From Mobula hypostoma (lineage: Eukaryota): a DNA stretch of 64,000 nt. A program made the translations under genes and the position numbers. This document shows, in pieces, positions 49,120 to 61,787 of this stretch (its first letter is position 1; every line of letters starts with the position of its first letter). The stretch is from positions 172,176,001-172,240,000 of the forward strand of contig NC_086097.1 of NCBI RefSeq assembly GCF_963921235.1, given 5' to 3'. Below the pieces are notes generated by a model. That model was not told where the DNA came from, did no database searches, and worked only from the letters and a program-made list of their open reading frames with translations.

Positions 49120-51379
49120 ACCCAGCACCGACCGGAAAGGGAACGAGTGGGTAGACATCAGAGCGAGGAGGGCAGCTGAAGAAGAAGAAACTGCAACTGC
49201 CAACTTAATAAGATGTGAAGGACCTTCGTAACCAACTTAAAGTGTTGAAGGACCAGGCAGCAAACATGGAGCCAGTAGACACTGAGAGATTGTGACAACA
49301 AGCCGCGAATACCATGTTAATGTGTAACGGTAACTGTCCTCTGGTTGCTGAAGACGAATGATTAGTTGTACAGTTCAGCATAGAAAAAATATTGGGCCAA
49401 ATAGATGGGAAGAAATAGAAGTTACAGCAGAGACATCAGGTTCCTCAACTTCAATGGCATGGCAGACTGAGAGAGAGGAAATTGCACACTGCATCTGAAT
49501 GCAGTCACCCCAAACTGAATGGGGAGTAAATACAAATGAGCTGGGCCCTTTCAGTAGTGGGGGGGAGGCAGCGATCGAATGGACAGTCCAGCAGGGGTTG
49601 CCACTGGGGTGAGCTCCTTGTATTCTTTCAAATAGGGACTGTCCCAACCCCTCCTGTACATTGATGTAGAGGGCCTTGAGTGCCTGATACATCTAGGGCC
49701 CCGGCCCGAAACGTCAACTGCACCTCTTCCTATAGATGCTGCCTGGCCTGCTGCATTCACCAGCAATTTTTGTGTGTGTGGCTTGAATTTCCAGCATCTA
49801 CAGATTTCTTCGTGTCTGCATTTACCTTGCTGATGCCTTTGACCAGAGAGTAACCACTGACAGTCACTGCAGAGTTTTAGACTGAAGGGGTGAAGATAAA
49901 GAATGTGATTGACCAGCAGGGGAGAAGGCAAAAGGGATATGGTGAAGCTGCATTTTAAAGGCTGTTGGTTGCGCAGATGTAGATGCACATAGAGTAATTG
50001 GGAGTGGTTCCAAGGAAGAGCATGGCTGCTGCTGTATTTGAGTAGATGCTCATTAAGGTTGGCCTTTCCTGGTACAAAGTTATTCTTGTTTAGGACGGCC
50101 AAGAGGAGGGTCTGTTGAAGCATATTCTGGACTTAGGGTACATAACAAAATATTGACTTCAGCAACTAACTTCAGCAACCAATCTTTAAACCAAAACATG
50201 GACTGTAGAGTAAATTGAAAATGCAGCAAGAACCACAGATTTCTAGAGTTGTGAACAGCAGTTAACTGAAAAACCAGACAAAGCGGATTAACATTCATTT
50301 TGAGTACCTGGAGTGTTGGTGCAAAGAAAGAGATGGGAAAGCTATATGTAATTCAAAGAAAGCTTTGTAGATACTGTGACGACAGACCAAATTATCAGAA
50401 GATTGATGCCGATAAAAGGACAATGGGGGAACATTCAGAAATGTTAATGAGAGACGAGAGGGATTAACGAAAAGGAGACACAGTTCCGAGTATTGTCAGA
50501 GACCGGTTGCTTTGAACCCTGAACTGTTTGAAGTTTGATGGACAGGCGATACCCCAGCAGGGGGATAAAAAGGGACAGGTTCGCTAAGGCAACAAACACA
50601 CGACACCACGAGGTAACGAGACCCTGGAAGCGGTGTGCCCCTACAAGTTGGTGGGAGTTTTGGAGGTCTGGTCGCAGGACCAGCCATAGACGCACAGGGT
50701 GGAAAGATACGGTTGGGCGGGAACCCGGTGTGTGTGTCCGCCCTTGCCTGGGTGCCGGGTTCACCGCAGAAGAACGATCGTATCTGGAACGGAGGGGTCA
50801 CAGTCAGTGACCTCAGAAGACATTACAAAGGGCTCGCGCGAAAGCTAACTGCGAGGAATATCGTAGGTCTGTTTGGAATCCGATTTGAATATTCATTCGT
50901 TCTCTCTCTCTCTCCCCAACAGCACGACGGCGATTACTGCAAACTGAACTAAACTGAACTCTGTGTCACTTGTGACTGATCATTTTACCACTAGACTGTG
51001 ATAGAGCTTGATTGATCCTATTATCCTAGTTCCGTGTACATGTGTGTTTATTCATTGCTAACCTGTTGCATTTATATCCTTACTATTAGAGTACTGTGTT
51101 GCTTATTTCTTTAATAAAACTTCCTTAGTTCCAGTAATCCAGACTCCAACTAAGTGGTCCATTTCTGCTGGTTTGGCAACCCAGTTACGGGGTACGTAAC
51201 AATACATTGTAAATATAGAATTGTCCTTTGATCCTTAGCATATGAAATGTCACATAATATTGGGTCAAACAGGCCTCTTCCTCTGAAAGGGTCTCAATCT
51301 GATGCCAGCTTTACGTTCTTGTTGGATAAATCACTTCTGTATCATTTAGCATCAGTCTCTCTCTATTCACATTACAACA
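49120..51379 (+). mobile_element. Possible endogenous-retrovirus/LTR-element remnant: short internal region plus 3' LTR (~49950-51379, interrupted by a solo LTR)
   Basis: GNEWVDIRARRAA at 49139 resembles an RNase H C-terminal helix; 49985-50165 and 51225-51310 align with the solo LTR at 27746-28385; ends ...CAACA at 51379. Confidence 0.5.
50375..51201 (+). mobile_element. Solo LTR (827 bp) with exact 4-bp TSD ATAC
   Basis: TGTGACG...CGTAACA ends; ATAC at 50371-50374 and 51202-51205; AATAAA near 51113; homologous to 60951-61787. Confidence 0.9.
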
Positions 51380-52169
51380 CATGCCATACCTTGGAAGTGA
51401 AAGTAGCAGTGTATAGTCAGAAAATATTAGCTATGAACACAGCATGGGCCTGGAAACGCTGCCGAGAGAGTGGTGAAGCAGGAACTTTGATTCTTAGGTC
51501 AGAGCATTACTGTACTAAAAAAGTTGGGATATTATGCTGCAACTTTACAAAGTACTGGTTAGACAGCATTTGGAGTAATGTGCACAATTTTAATTACCAT
51601 ACCATTGGAAAGATGTGATTTCACTGAAGACATGGCAGAGCAGATTCAGCAGGATGTTGCCTGCATTGGGGACTTCAGTTATGAGGAGAGATTTGATAGG
51701 CTAGGCTTGTGTTCCTTGGAGCAGAGGAGGCTAAAGGATGATGAAAAATATACATAAAATTGTAGAGGCAGACATAGGGACATCAAAAAGAAAAGGGCAT
51801 AAGTTTAAGGTAAGAGAAAGAGGTGTTAAAGGGGATTTGAACGGAACACAGAGAGTGACTGATAATTTTAAACTGCTGGCAGAGGAGGTAGTGGAATCAG
51901 ATGCAATTACTTTGTTTAAGAGTCACTTAGACAGCCATTAGAATAGATAAGCTTTGGAGAGATATGGACCTAATGCTGACAATAGGATTAATCAGCATGG
52001 ATCTGTCTGGCTTTTGTTCTGGATGACTCTGTGACTATAATAGCTAGATAATCTAATAATAGACAGATAATCTGTTGGTTCAAGGAAACATGTTGGCCTA
52101 GGAAAATATGCAGACTATACAAAACTAAGTGGAGGGACAACTATTGTTGAGGAAGCTGTGTATATACAT

Positions 52170-54442
52170 CTATTGATGCTTCTGGACACATCTTCAGTGA
52201 TTTTCCTGGAATCATTGGGTGTTTTGAGTCTTTCAATATCATATAACCTCCTCTAGGTGACCCAGCCGGGGCTGATCAGATCCCAGCTTGTGTCCAGATG
52301 GCTAGCTACTTATGACTCCATGGCTCCCCTCTTTTGAGCCACAGCCATCTTGAGGCCCTCTCTGCCGCATCAGTGGTACTGTGGTTGGCTCTCCTCTTCC
52401 TCTCTCCCTCGTTGCCCAAAATGCTGAAGGCTCTAACTAAAGAACGGGCTATGAATCCCCTACAACCAACCTCCACTGGGAGACACCTCGCTCTCCATCC
52501 AGCCATCTGACAGTTGCTGACCAGTCCTGCATACTTGGAGAGCTTCCTTTGAAAGGCCTCTTCCAAGCTATCTTCCCATGGGACTGTCAGCTCCAACAGC
52601 ACCACTTGCTTAGTCAACTCAGACACTAGGACAATGTCTGGTCGCAGGGTGGTGGCTGCGATATGGTTGGGGAACTTCAGCTGCCCTTCGAGGTCCACCA
52701 ACAACTGCCAGTCCCTTGCAGAGGTCAGAATGCCTGCAGATGTTCTTTTGGCAGATATTGGCTGCTCCCCAGCTCTGACAAAGGCAATGGTCTGCTTGGA
52801 GGGTCGGGACCGCTTCGCCCACTCAACTCCTGTGCTGACAGCTTCAGCGATGGTCTTCAGGACCTGATCATGCCTCCACCTGTACCGTCCCTCACCAAGT
52901 GCCCTTGCACAGCTGCTGAGGATGTGCTCCAGGGTTCCTCGCTTGGAGCACGGTGGGCACGCAGATGACTCTGCCTTGCCCCATGTGTGCAGGTTTGATG
53001 GGCTTGGAAGCACATCGTACACTGCCTGGATGAGAAATTGGATGCGGTGTGGTTCGGCTTTTCAAAGATCAGCCCAGGTCACTTTCCTCTCAACCGCATT
53101 CTCCGATCTTGTCCAAGCTCCCTGTTGTTTCATTCCCACCACCTTGCAGGCTCTCATCTCCTCCACTACTGCTCTCACCTCCTCCTGAACTAGACGACGC
53201 CTTTCCTTCCCTCTGGTGTCCATTTGGGGAGTTGGAAAGGATCCTAGCCCAGCTCGGCCTCGTGTAACCACTCCCACCAGCCTCCTGTGACGCAGCCTCG
53301 CCTCTGCCTCCTGAACAGCTTCCTCTGCCCTCCACTTCCTGCCAGTCCTCACTTGGATCTCTGCTCTAGCCACCTTCGGGTCACTTGTGTCCCTATACTG
53401 TAGCACTTCTCTGGCTCTTGTTACCTTGAATTCTTCCTCCAAGGATTTGAAGGGCAGTTGCAGTTTGTTGTGGTGTCCACAGAGTGCGATGCTGCTCAGG
53501 CTCTTTGGCAGCCCCAGCCATCTCCTGAGGTGGTTGCTAACCCTCCTCTCTAAGGTTTCGACTGTCGAGATTGAAACTGCATAAACAAGGAGGGGGCACA
53601 GGAATCTGGGAAGAATGCCATGCTGATACACCCAGGCTTTAAACTTCCCAGGTAGGCCAGACTTGTCCACAGATTTCAGCCAGCCATCCAACCCGGTGCA
53701 GGTTGCCTGAATGGATGTTGTGTCCCTTAAAGAGCTGTCAAAAGCTTTGCCTAAGCTCTTGACTGGCTTTTCTGTGATGGTTGGGATGGCTGTGCCTGCG
53801 ATGCTGAACCGGAACTTGTTCTCCACCTTCCCTTTCCTCAGCACCATCAATCTTGATTTGGCAGGTTTGAAACACATCCGGGCCCACTCCACCAGCTTTT
53901 CGAGCCCTTTCAGAATCCACCAGCAGCCTGGGACTGATTCTGTGGTGACTGTGAGGTCATCCATTAATGCCCTGATAGGTGGTTGCCGTTGAGCAGAATT
54001 TATTCTGGGCCCTCTGCACTCTGGTTCAGCAGACTTAGTGAACATGCTCATGGCTAGGGAGAACAGTGTCACTGAGATAGTGCACCCAGTGATGATGCCA
54101 ATCTCCACCTTGTGCCAGGTTGATGTAATTGCTCCTGAAGAGACCCTCATCCTGAAGTTGCTGTAATAATCAGTGATAAGGTCTCTGATTCTGCTGGGGA
54201 CGTGATATTTGGTCAGTGTGAGCTGCACTAGCTTGTGCGGAATGGAGCCATATGCATTTGCCAGGTCAAGCCACAACACTGACAGGTTGCCCTTGTTCTC
54301 TCTGGCCTCCCTGATGAGCTGTGACACCACACCGATGTGCTCCAGTCAGCCCGGCATCCCTGAAATGCCACCCTTCTGGACTGATGTATCAATATAGGTG
54401 TTCTTTGCTAGGTAGGTGCACAGCCGGTTAGAAACGGCACTG
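52170..54442 (-). mobile_element. Hero/R2-clade non-LTR retrotransposon (RT plus restriction-like endonuclease), 5'-truncated
   Basis: WLDLANAYGSIPH, GCTISV, ALMDDLTV; zinc knuckle CPPC..LEHILSSC, RWRHDQVL, RPDIVL, LELTVPWE; single frame with two in-frame stops. Confidence 0.9.
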
Positions 54443-54629
54443 ACAAGTAATCTGCAGAAGGATTTGGACAGATTAGGAGTATGGGAATACAGTGCAGAGA
54501 ATCATATGGTCATGTACTATTTTCTAAATGGGGAGCAAATTCAGAAGTTAGAGGTGTAAAGTGCTTGGGAGTTCTAAAGTTAACTTTAGGTTAAGTCGAT
54601 AGTAGGGAAAGCAAATGCATTCTTAGCAT

Positions 54630-54767
54630 CACACACAAAATGCTTCAGTTGAAGAGCCCAAAATATCGACTGTACTCTTTTCCAAAGATGCTGCTTGGCT
54701 TGCTGAGATCCTGCAACATTTTGTGTGTGTTGCTTGGATTTCCAGCATCTGCAGATTTTCTCTTGTT
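54630..54767. mobile_element. Short fold-back Penelope terminal-repeat insertion inside a CR1 RT
   Basis: Short inverted arm cacacacaaaatgct versus cattttgtgtgtg; flanks tgcattcttagcat (54616-54629) and tgcaatcttagcat (54768-54781). Confidence 0.65.
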
Positions 54768-56049
54768 TGCAATCTTAGCATTCTTTTCCAGAGCACTAGA
54801 ATATAAAAGCAGAGACATAAGGCTTTATAAGGCATTGGTCAGACCACACTTGGAGCATTTTGAGCAGTTTTGGGCCCCTTATCTAAAAATTGATGTATTG
54901 TCATGGGGTAGAGTCCAGAGGAAGTTTACGGAAATCATTCTGGGAATGAAAAGGTTAATGCATGAGGAGTACTTAATGGCTCTGGCGTTTCTATTGCTGG
55001 AGTTTAGAAGGTTAAGGAAGAACTCATTGAAATCTACTGAATATTGAAAGACCTAGATTGAGTGGACATGTAGAGGTTGTTTCCAATATTGGAAGAGACT
55101 AGAGCCAGAGGGCATAATCTCAAAATACGACATTCCTTTAGAAGAGAGATGAGGAGAAATTTCTTTAGTCTTACTTACACGGTGAGCAGCAGGGCACTGA
55201 GAATTGTGGTAGAACAGAGGTGTATAAGATGATGAGAAGCATTGATCATGTGGATAGTCAGAGACTTCTTCCTGGCGAGTAGGTACAGAGGAGATGTCGG
55301 GGGTAAGTTTTTTTACACAGAGAGTGGTGAGTGCATGGAATGGGCTGCCGGCAACGGTGGTGGAGGCGGATACAATAAGGTTTTTTAAGATACTTTTGGA
55401 TAGGTACATGGAGCTTAGAAAAATAAAGGGCTATGGGTAAGCCTAGTAATTTCTAAGGTAGGGACATGTTTGGCACAACTTTGTGGGCCAAAGGGCCTGT
55501 ATTATGCTGTGCGTTTTCTATTTTTCTATGTTTCTATGATCTAGAGATACAGGTCCATAATTCCTTGAAGGTAGCATCACAGGTAGATAGGGGCATAACA
55601 AAAAAGCTTTTGGCATATAAATCAAAGTATTGAGTACAAGAGCCAGAATGTTATTTTGAATCTGTATCAGACATTGGTGAGGCTTAATTTGGAGTATAGT
55701 GTGCAGTTCTGGACCAATCTAGGGGAAAGATATCAATAAGAGAAAACTTTTACAAGGATGTTGCAGGATTTGAGGACCTCAAGGAAAGGTTGAATGGGTT
55801 AGGACTTTACTCCCTAGTGCAAAGGAGAATGAGGGGATATATGATAAGGTAAGGTCAAAGCAAGCAGATTTTCCCCACTGAGGTTAGGTGAGAATAGAAG
55901 TGGATGTCTAGGTTAAAGATGAAATGTGAAAGTTTAAAGGGAACATGAGAGGAAATTTCTTCATTCAGAGGGTGGTGAGAGAGTAGAATGGTGGATGCAG
56001 GTTCAATTTCAACACTTAACAGGAATTTGGATAGGTATATGGGTGGGTC

Positions 56050-56325
56050 AGGCTCCCCTGTCATGGTTACATGAAGCATTGTGTGCAGGTGGTGGGTGGT
56101 TGTATGAGCAGCTGGTGTATATCACAAGTCCTGGTTATGCAACCGTTGACGCCAGGCCGACAATCTCCTACGAGTATTGATAATGGCTGTGGTCTCCTGT
56201 CTTGAAAAGACTGTCCAGAAGAATGCAATGGCAAACCACTGGTGTAGAAAACTTTGCCAAGAACAATCATGGTCATGGAAGGACTATGATCGCCTACTGC
56301 ATTCGACGTGGCACACAACAAACAA
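56050..56325 (+). mobile_element. Short element with RTE-type 3' tail (SINE-like)
   Basis: GCAATGGCAAACCACT...TTGCCAAGAA resembles RTE/BovB-type 3' ends; inserted in a CR1 tail. Confidence 0.5.
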
Positions 56326-57121
56326 ACATGGACAGGAGGAGTATGGAGTGCTGCGGTCTGGGAGCAGGATAATGGGTCTATGCAGATAAATAGTTCAGCA
56401 TGGACAAGATGGGCTGTAGGGCCTGTTTCTGTACCATCATCTTCCCTGACTCTATGCCTCTAGTCAGAGATTGGTGAATCTCTGCAATTCATTGCCACAG
56501 ACTGTGGAGGCCAATTCAATGGGTGTATTTATAGTGAAGGTTGATAGGTTCCTAATTACTGAGGGTGTCTAAAGTTACAGGGAGAAGGCAGGAGAATAGG
56601 GTTGAGAGGGAAAATAAATCAGCCATGATTGAATGGTGTGGCAGATTCAAAGGGCGAAATGGCTTAATTCTGCTCCTATGTCTTTGGACTTATACTCTTA
56701 TGGCAAAGGATAACTTCGTCACATTTAGTAAAAGATTTATTTTTGTTACATATACCAAAATACAATGAAAAAAACTCTTGTTTTCATGCTTTACATATGA
56801 AGCGAGTATTTGGTCCATAATGACAGATGAGGAAGCTAGTTAAGTCAACAACCGTTTTACTGTGATAAACACAAAACAGACCAGGCACCGTGGCTCGGAG
56901 AGTGAACCCAACCAGTCTCATACAGATGGGGGAGGTGACCATCACACACCCCATTTACAGTCAGGGTGACTCACAAATACATAAGCGAATAACTGTATAA
57001 CCCAAGCTAAAATGTAACTGTAAATGAACTGTAACTTCCCCCCATAATCCCACAAAAGCATTTTAACATAAGAACACTAAACAGTGCTAGTTGTTCGAAA
57101 TGCAGAGGCCGTCTGTTGACC

Positions 57122-59376
57122 AACATAGAACATAGAACAGTACAGCACAGTACAGGCCCTTCGGCCCACAATGTTGTGCCAACCCATAAACCCTCCCTCC
57201 CATATAACCCCCACCTTAAATTCCTCCATATACCTGTTTAGTAGTCTCTCAAATTTCACTAGTGTATCTGCCTTCACCACTGACTCAGGCAGTGCATTCC
57301 ACACACCAACCACTCTCTGAGTAAAAAACCTTCCTCTAATATCCCCCTTGAACTTCCCACCCCCTTACCTTAAAGCCATGTCTTCTTGTATTGAGCAGTG
57401 GTGCCCTGGGGAAGAGGCGCTGGCTGTCCACTCTATCTATTCCTCTTAATATTTTGTATACCTCTATCATGTCTCCTCTCATCCTCCTTCTCTCCAAAGA
57501 GTAAAGCCCTAGCTCCCTTAAATTCTGATCATAATGCATACTCTCTAAACCAAGCAGCATCCTGGTAAATCTCCTCTGTACCCTTTCCAATGCTTCCACA
57601 TCCTTCCTATAGTGAGGTGACCAGAACTGGACACAGTACTCCAAGTGTGGCCTAACCAGAGTTTTATAGAGCTGCATCATTACCTCGCGACTCTTAAACT
57701 CAATCCCTCGATTTATGAAGGCTAACACCCCATAAGCTTTCTTAACTACCCTATGTACCTGTGAGGCAACTTTCAGGGATCTGTGGACATGTACCCCCAG
57801 ATCCCTCTGCTCCTCCACACTACCAAGTATCCTACCATTTTCTTTGTACTCTGTCTTGGATTTTGTCCCTCCAAAGTGTACCACCTCACACTTCTCCGGG
57901 TTGAACTCCATCTGCCACTTCTCAGCCCACTTCTGCATCCTATCAATGTCTCTCTGCAATCTTCGACAATCCTCTACACTATCCACAACACCACTAACCT
58001 TTGTGTAGTCTGCAAACTTGCCAACCCACCCTTCTACCCCCACATCCAGGTCGTTAATAAAAATCCCGAAAAGTAGAGGTCCCAGAACCAATCCCTGTGG
58101 GACAGCACTAGTCACAACCCTCCAATCCAAATGTACTCCCTCCACCATGACCCTTTCTGATGGCAAGCCAATTCTGAATCCACCTGGCCAAACTTCCCTG
58201 GATCCCATGCCTTCTGACTTTCTGAATAAGCCTACCGTGTGGAACCTTGTCAAATGCCTTACTAAAATCCATGTAGATCACATCCACTACACTACCCTTA
58301 TCTATATGCCTGGTCACCTCCTCAAAGTAGTCTATCAGGCTTGTTAGACGCATCTGCCCTTCACAAAGCCATGCTGACTGTCCGTGATCAGGCCATGTTT
58401 CTCTAAATGCCCATAGATCCTATTTCTAAGAATCTTTTCCAACAGCTTTCCCACCACAGATGTAAGGCTTACTAGTCTATAATTACCTGGACTATCCCTA
58501 CTACCTTTTTTGAACAAGGGGACAACATTTGCCTGCCTCCAATCCTCCGATACCATTCCCGTAAGCAACGAGGACATAAAGATCCTCACCAGATGCTCAG
58601 CAATCTCTTCCCTTGCCTTGTGGATCAGCCTGGGGAATATTCCGTCAGGCCCCAGGGACTTAACTGTCCTAATGTATTTTAACAACTCCAACACCTCCTC
58701 TCCCTTAATATCAACATGCTCCAGAACATCAACCTCACTCATTTTGTCCTCACTGTCATCTAGTTCCCTCTCACTGGTGAATACCGAAGAGAAGTATTCA
58801 TTGAGGGCCTCGCTCACTTCCACAGACTCCAGGCATATCTTCCCACGTTTATCTCTAATCGGTCCTACCTTCACTCCTGTCATCCCCTTGTTCTTCACAT
58901 AATTGAAGAATGCCTTGGGGTTTTCCTTTACCCTACTCGCCAAGACCTTCTCATGCCTCCTTCTTGCTCTCCTCAGCCCCTTCTTAAGCTCCTTTCTTGC
59001 TACCCTATATTCCTCAATAGACCCATCTGATCCTTGCTTCCTAAACTTCGTGTATGCTGCCTTCTTCCACCTGACTAGATTTTCCACCTCACTTGTTATC
59101 CATGGTTCCTTCACCCTACCATTCTTTATCTTCCTCACCGGGACAAATTTATCCCTAACATCCTGCAAGAGATCCCTAAACATTGACCACATGCCCACAG
59201 TACATTTCCCTGCAAAAACATCATCCCAATTCACACCCGCAAGTTCTAGCCTTATAGCCTCATAATTTGCCCTTCCCCAACTAAAAATTTTCCTGTCCTT
59301 TTCCATGATAATGCTAAAGGCCAGGGAGCGGTGGTCACTGTCCCCCAGATGCTCGTCCACTGAGAGATCTGTGACC
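57122..59376 (-). mobile_element. CR1 LINE ORF2, 5'-truncated and frameshifted
   Basis: ORFs 58344-59378, 58108-58353 and 57336-58253: HLGDSDH, GPDGIFPR, YMDFSKAFDKVPH, VPQGLVLGPLLF, KFADY; (TTCTATG)n tail. Confidence 0.95.
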
Positions 59377-60950
59377 ACCCCCCGCCCCCCCCCCAGAGCA
59401 TCACAATACTATATTTTTATTTTATTTAGAGATACAGCACAATAACAGCACTTTCTGGCCCAATGAATCTGTGTTGACCTGCTATTTTAACTGAATCCCA
59501 ATTACACCCATATGACTGATTAATTTACTGATATATAGGCCTTTGGAATGTGAGAGGAACCAGAGCACCTGGACAAAACCCAAACATTCATGAGGAGTAT
59601 GTACAAGCTCCTTGCATCCAGTGGCAGAACTGAACACAGATCTCTTGGCACTTTAAAAGCATTGCACCAACTGCTATGATACTGTGCCTCCCCATATGTG
59701 ATAAAGTATTGCAGTTATAGAGAAAGTGCAGTGCAGGTAAGCAAACAACGTGTAAGTGTCACAACAAAGTGTCCGAGATCAAGAGCTCACCTTTATGTAT
59801 AAGAGGTCCATTCAGGAGTCTTATAATAGAGGGATAGGAACTGTCCTTGAACCTGTTGGTGCATGTTCTGAATATTTAATATTTTCTGCCAATGGGAGAG
59901 GATAGAAGAGAGAATGACTGGAGTAGGAAGGGTCCATGATTAGGCTGTCTATTTTCCTGAAGCAGTGGGAAGTGTACACAGAATCAGCATAAAACTTACA
60001 ATCAAAGTACGTATACGTCACCATATATCATCTAGATTCATTATCTGACAGACATTTAAGAAAATTTTTTTTAAAAACAATAGAATTTATAAAGACTGAC
60101 AAACAACCAATTTGACAAAGAAGACAAGTGGTGCAAATAAAAAATCGCACCATCGACCAAGGCAACCAACAGTGACATTGTGCAGACAGCTCATGAAACT
60201 TCTTCCTCCTTTAAATATGCTTCTTCTGCTGAATTGTGATTGATTGCAGTCTGTAGTTTGCATTTTGATTATGTATTTCTGGGCCGACTGAGCGATCTGA
60301 CACTTTTACCATCCCTGAGGAACTCGGAGAGTTTGAGAGTGCAATGGGCAGCTATCGTTTTCTGGCTCCATTACTCCTCGCTGATTAAGACTTCGAGCAA
60401 GATTGAATTCGACGAGGATGAGAGTGGAAAGTAAGCGGGTGTTCAGTGCTGTCTGTCTGTGTTTGACCGGCCTCCCTCTCACAGCTGCTGGAGGAAGGTG
60501 CAGGAGGCTTGGGCCCCATGCTGCAAGGTTCCATCACAGTTCGTGTCTGTGGAACTCTTTCTTGAGGTACTCTGAGATTGCTGTATAATGTCCAAAGCAC
60601 TGAATGTACTCCGTGGCTGCAGTGTCATTTTTTTGGCGGACTCGGCGGTTCATGTTCCGTATGTCTCTGGTTACCCTTTTTTTGCTTTTGTGTGATTTGA
60701 TGGAGGCACCTCAGCGTGGAATGGTCTCTGTGGCTGACACAGTGCTAAACTGAACGGACTGTCATCCTGGACCATTTCAGAGACTGCTGGTTGTTGTTTA
60801 ATATTCTGTATGTCATTTGCTCACTTTTTACTGCTTGTGTGATTTTTTTTTGTGTGTTGGGTGTTTGATGATTTTTCTTCAAGCAGGTTTCTTGGTGTTT
60901 CTGTGTTCTGTGGCTGCCTGCAGGAGGACAAACCTCAAGGTTGTATACTG

Positions 60951-61787
60951 TGTGACGACAAACCAAGTTATCAGAAGATTGATGCTAATGATAGAGAGAT
61001 AAGGAAGACAATGGAGAAACATTCAAAATGCTAATAAGAGAGAAGAGAGAGATTAATGAAAAAGAAACACAATTCAGATATTGACAGACCGTTTGCTTTG
61101 AATCTGAATTGTTTGAAGTTTGACGGACAGGCGATTCCCCAGCAGAGGGATAAAAAGAACAGGTTCGCTAAGGCACGACACACACCACGAGATCACGAGA
61201 TAACGAGACCCTGGAAGAGCGGTGTGCCCCCACAAGTTGGTGCGAGTTTGGAGGTCTGGTTCGAGGGAACCGACCATAGATTCACAGGGTGTAAAGGTAC
61301 GACCGGCGGGAACCTGGTGTGTGTGTCCGCCCTTGCCTGGGTGCCGGGTTCACTGCGGAAGAACTGTCGTATCCAGAACGGAGGGGTCACTGTCAGTGAC
61401 CACAGTGGGATAGAAGACATAAAAGGGTCCACCCGAAAGCCAACTGTGAAGAACATCAAAGGTCTGCTTGAATCAAAATTTGCATCTCTCTCTCTCCAAC
61501 GGCACAACAGCGATTACTGTGAACTGTACTAAGCTGAACTGAACTCTGCATCACTTGAGACTGATCATTTTACCCCTAGACTGCGATAGAGCTTGGTTGA
61601 TTCCTATTACCCTAGTTCTGTGTACATGTGTGTTTTATCATTGCTAACCTGTTGCATTTATATCCTTGCGTTTAGAGTACTGTGTTACTTATTTCTTTAA
61701 TAAAACTTTATTAGTTTCCAGTAATCCAGACTCCAACTAGTGGTCCATTTCTGCTGGTTTGGCAACCCAGTTACGGGGTACGTAACA
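60951..61787 (+). mobile_element. Solo LTR (837 bp) with exact 4-bp TSD ACTG
   Basis: TGTGACG...CGTAACA ends; ACTG at 60947-60950 and 61788-61791; same family as 50375-51201. Confidence 0.9.

Noticed and set aside
56798..59405. Possible minus-strand LTR split by the large CR1
   Set aside because: TG...CA ends are suggestive, but there is no matching TSD or second copy in the window
50375..61787. Two matching LTRs as ends of one 11.4-kb provirus
   Set aside because: Each LTR has its own distinct 4-bp TSD, and the interval holds Hero and CR1 sequence with no gag/pol/env or PBS
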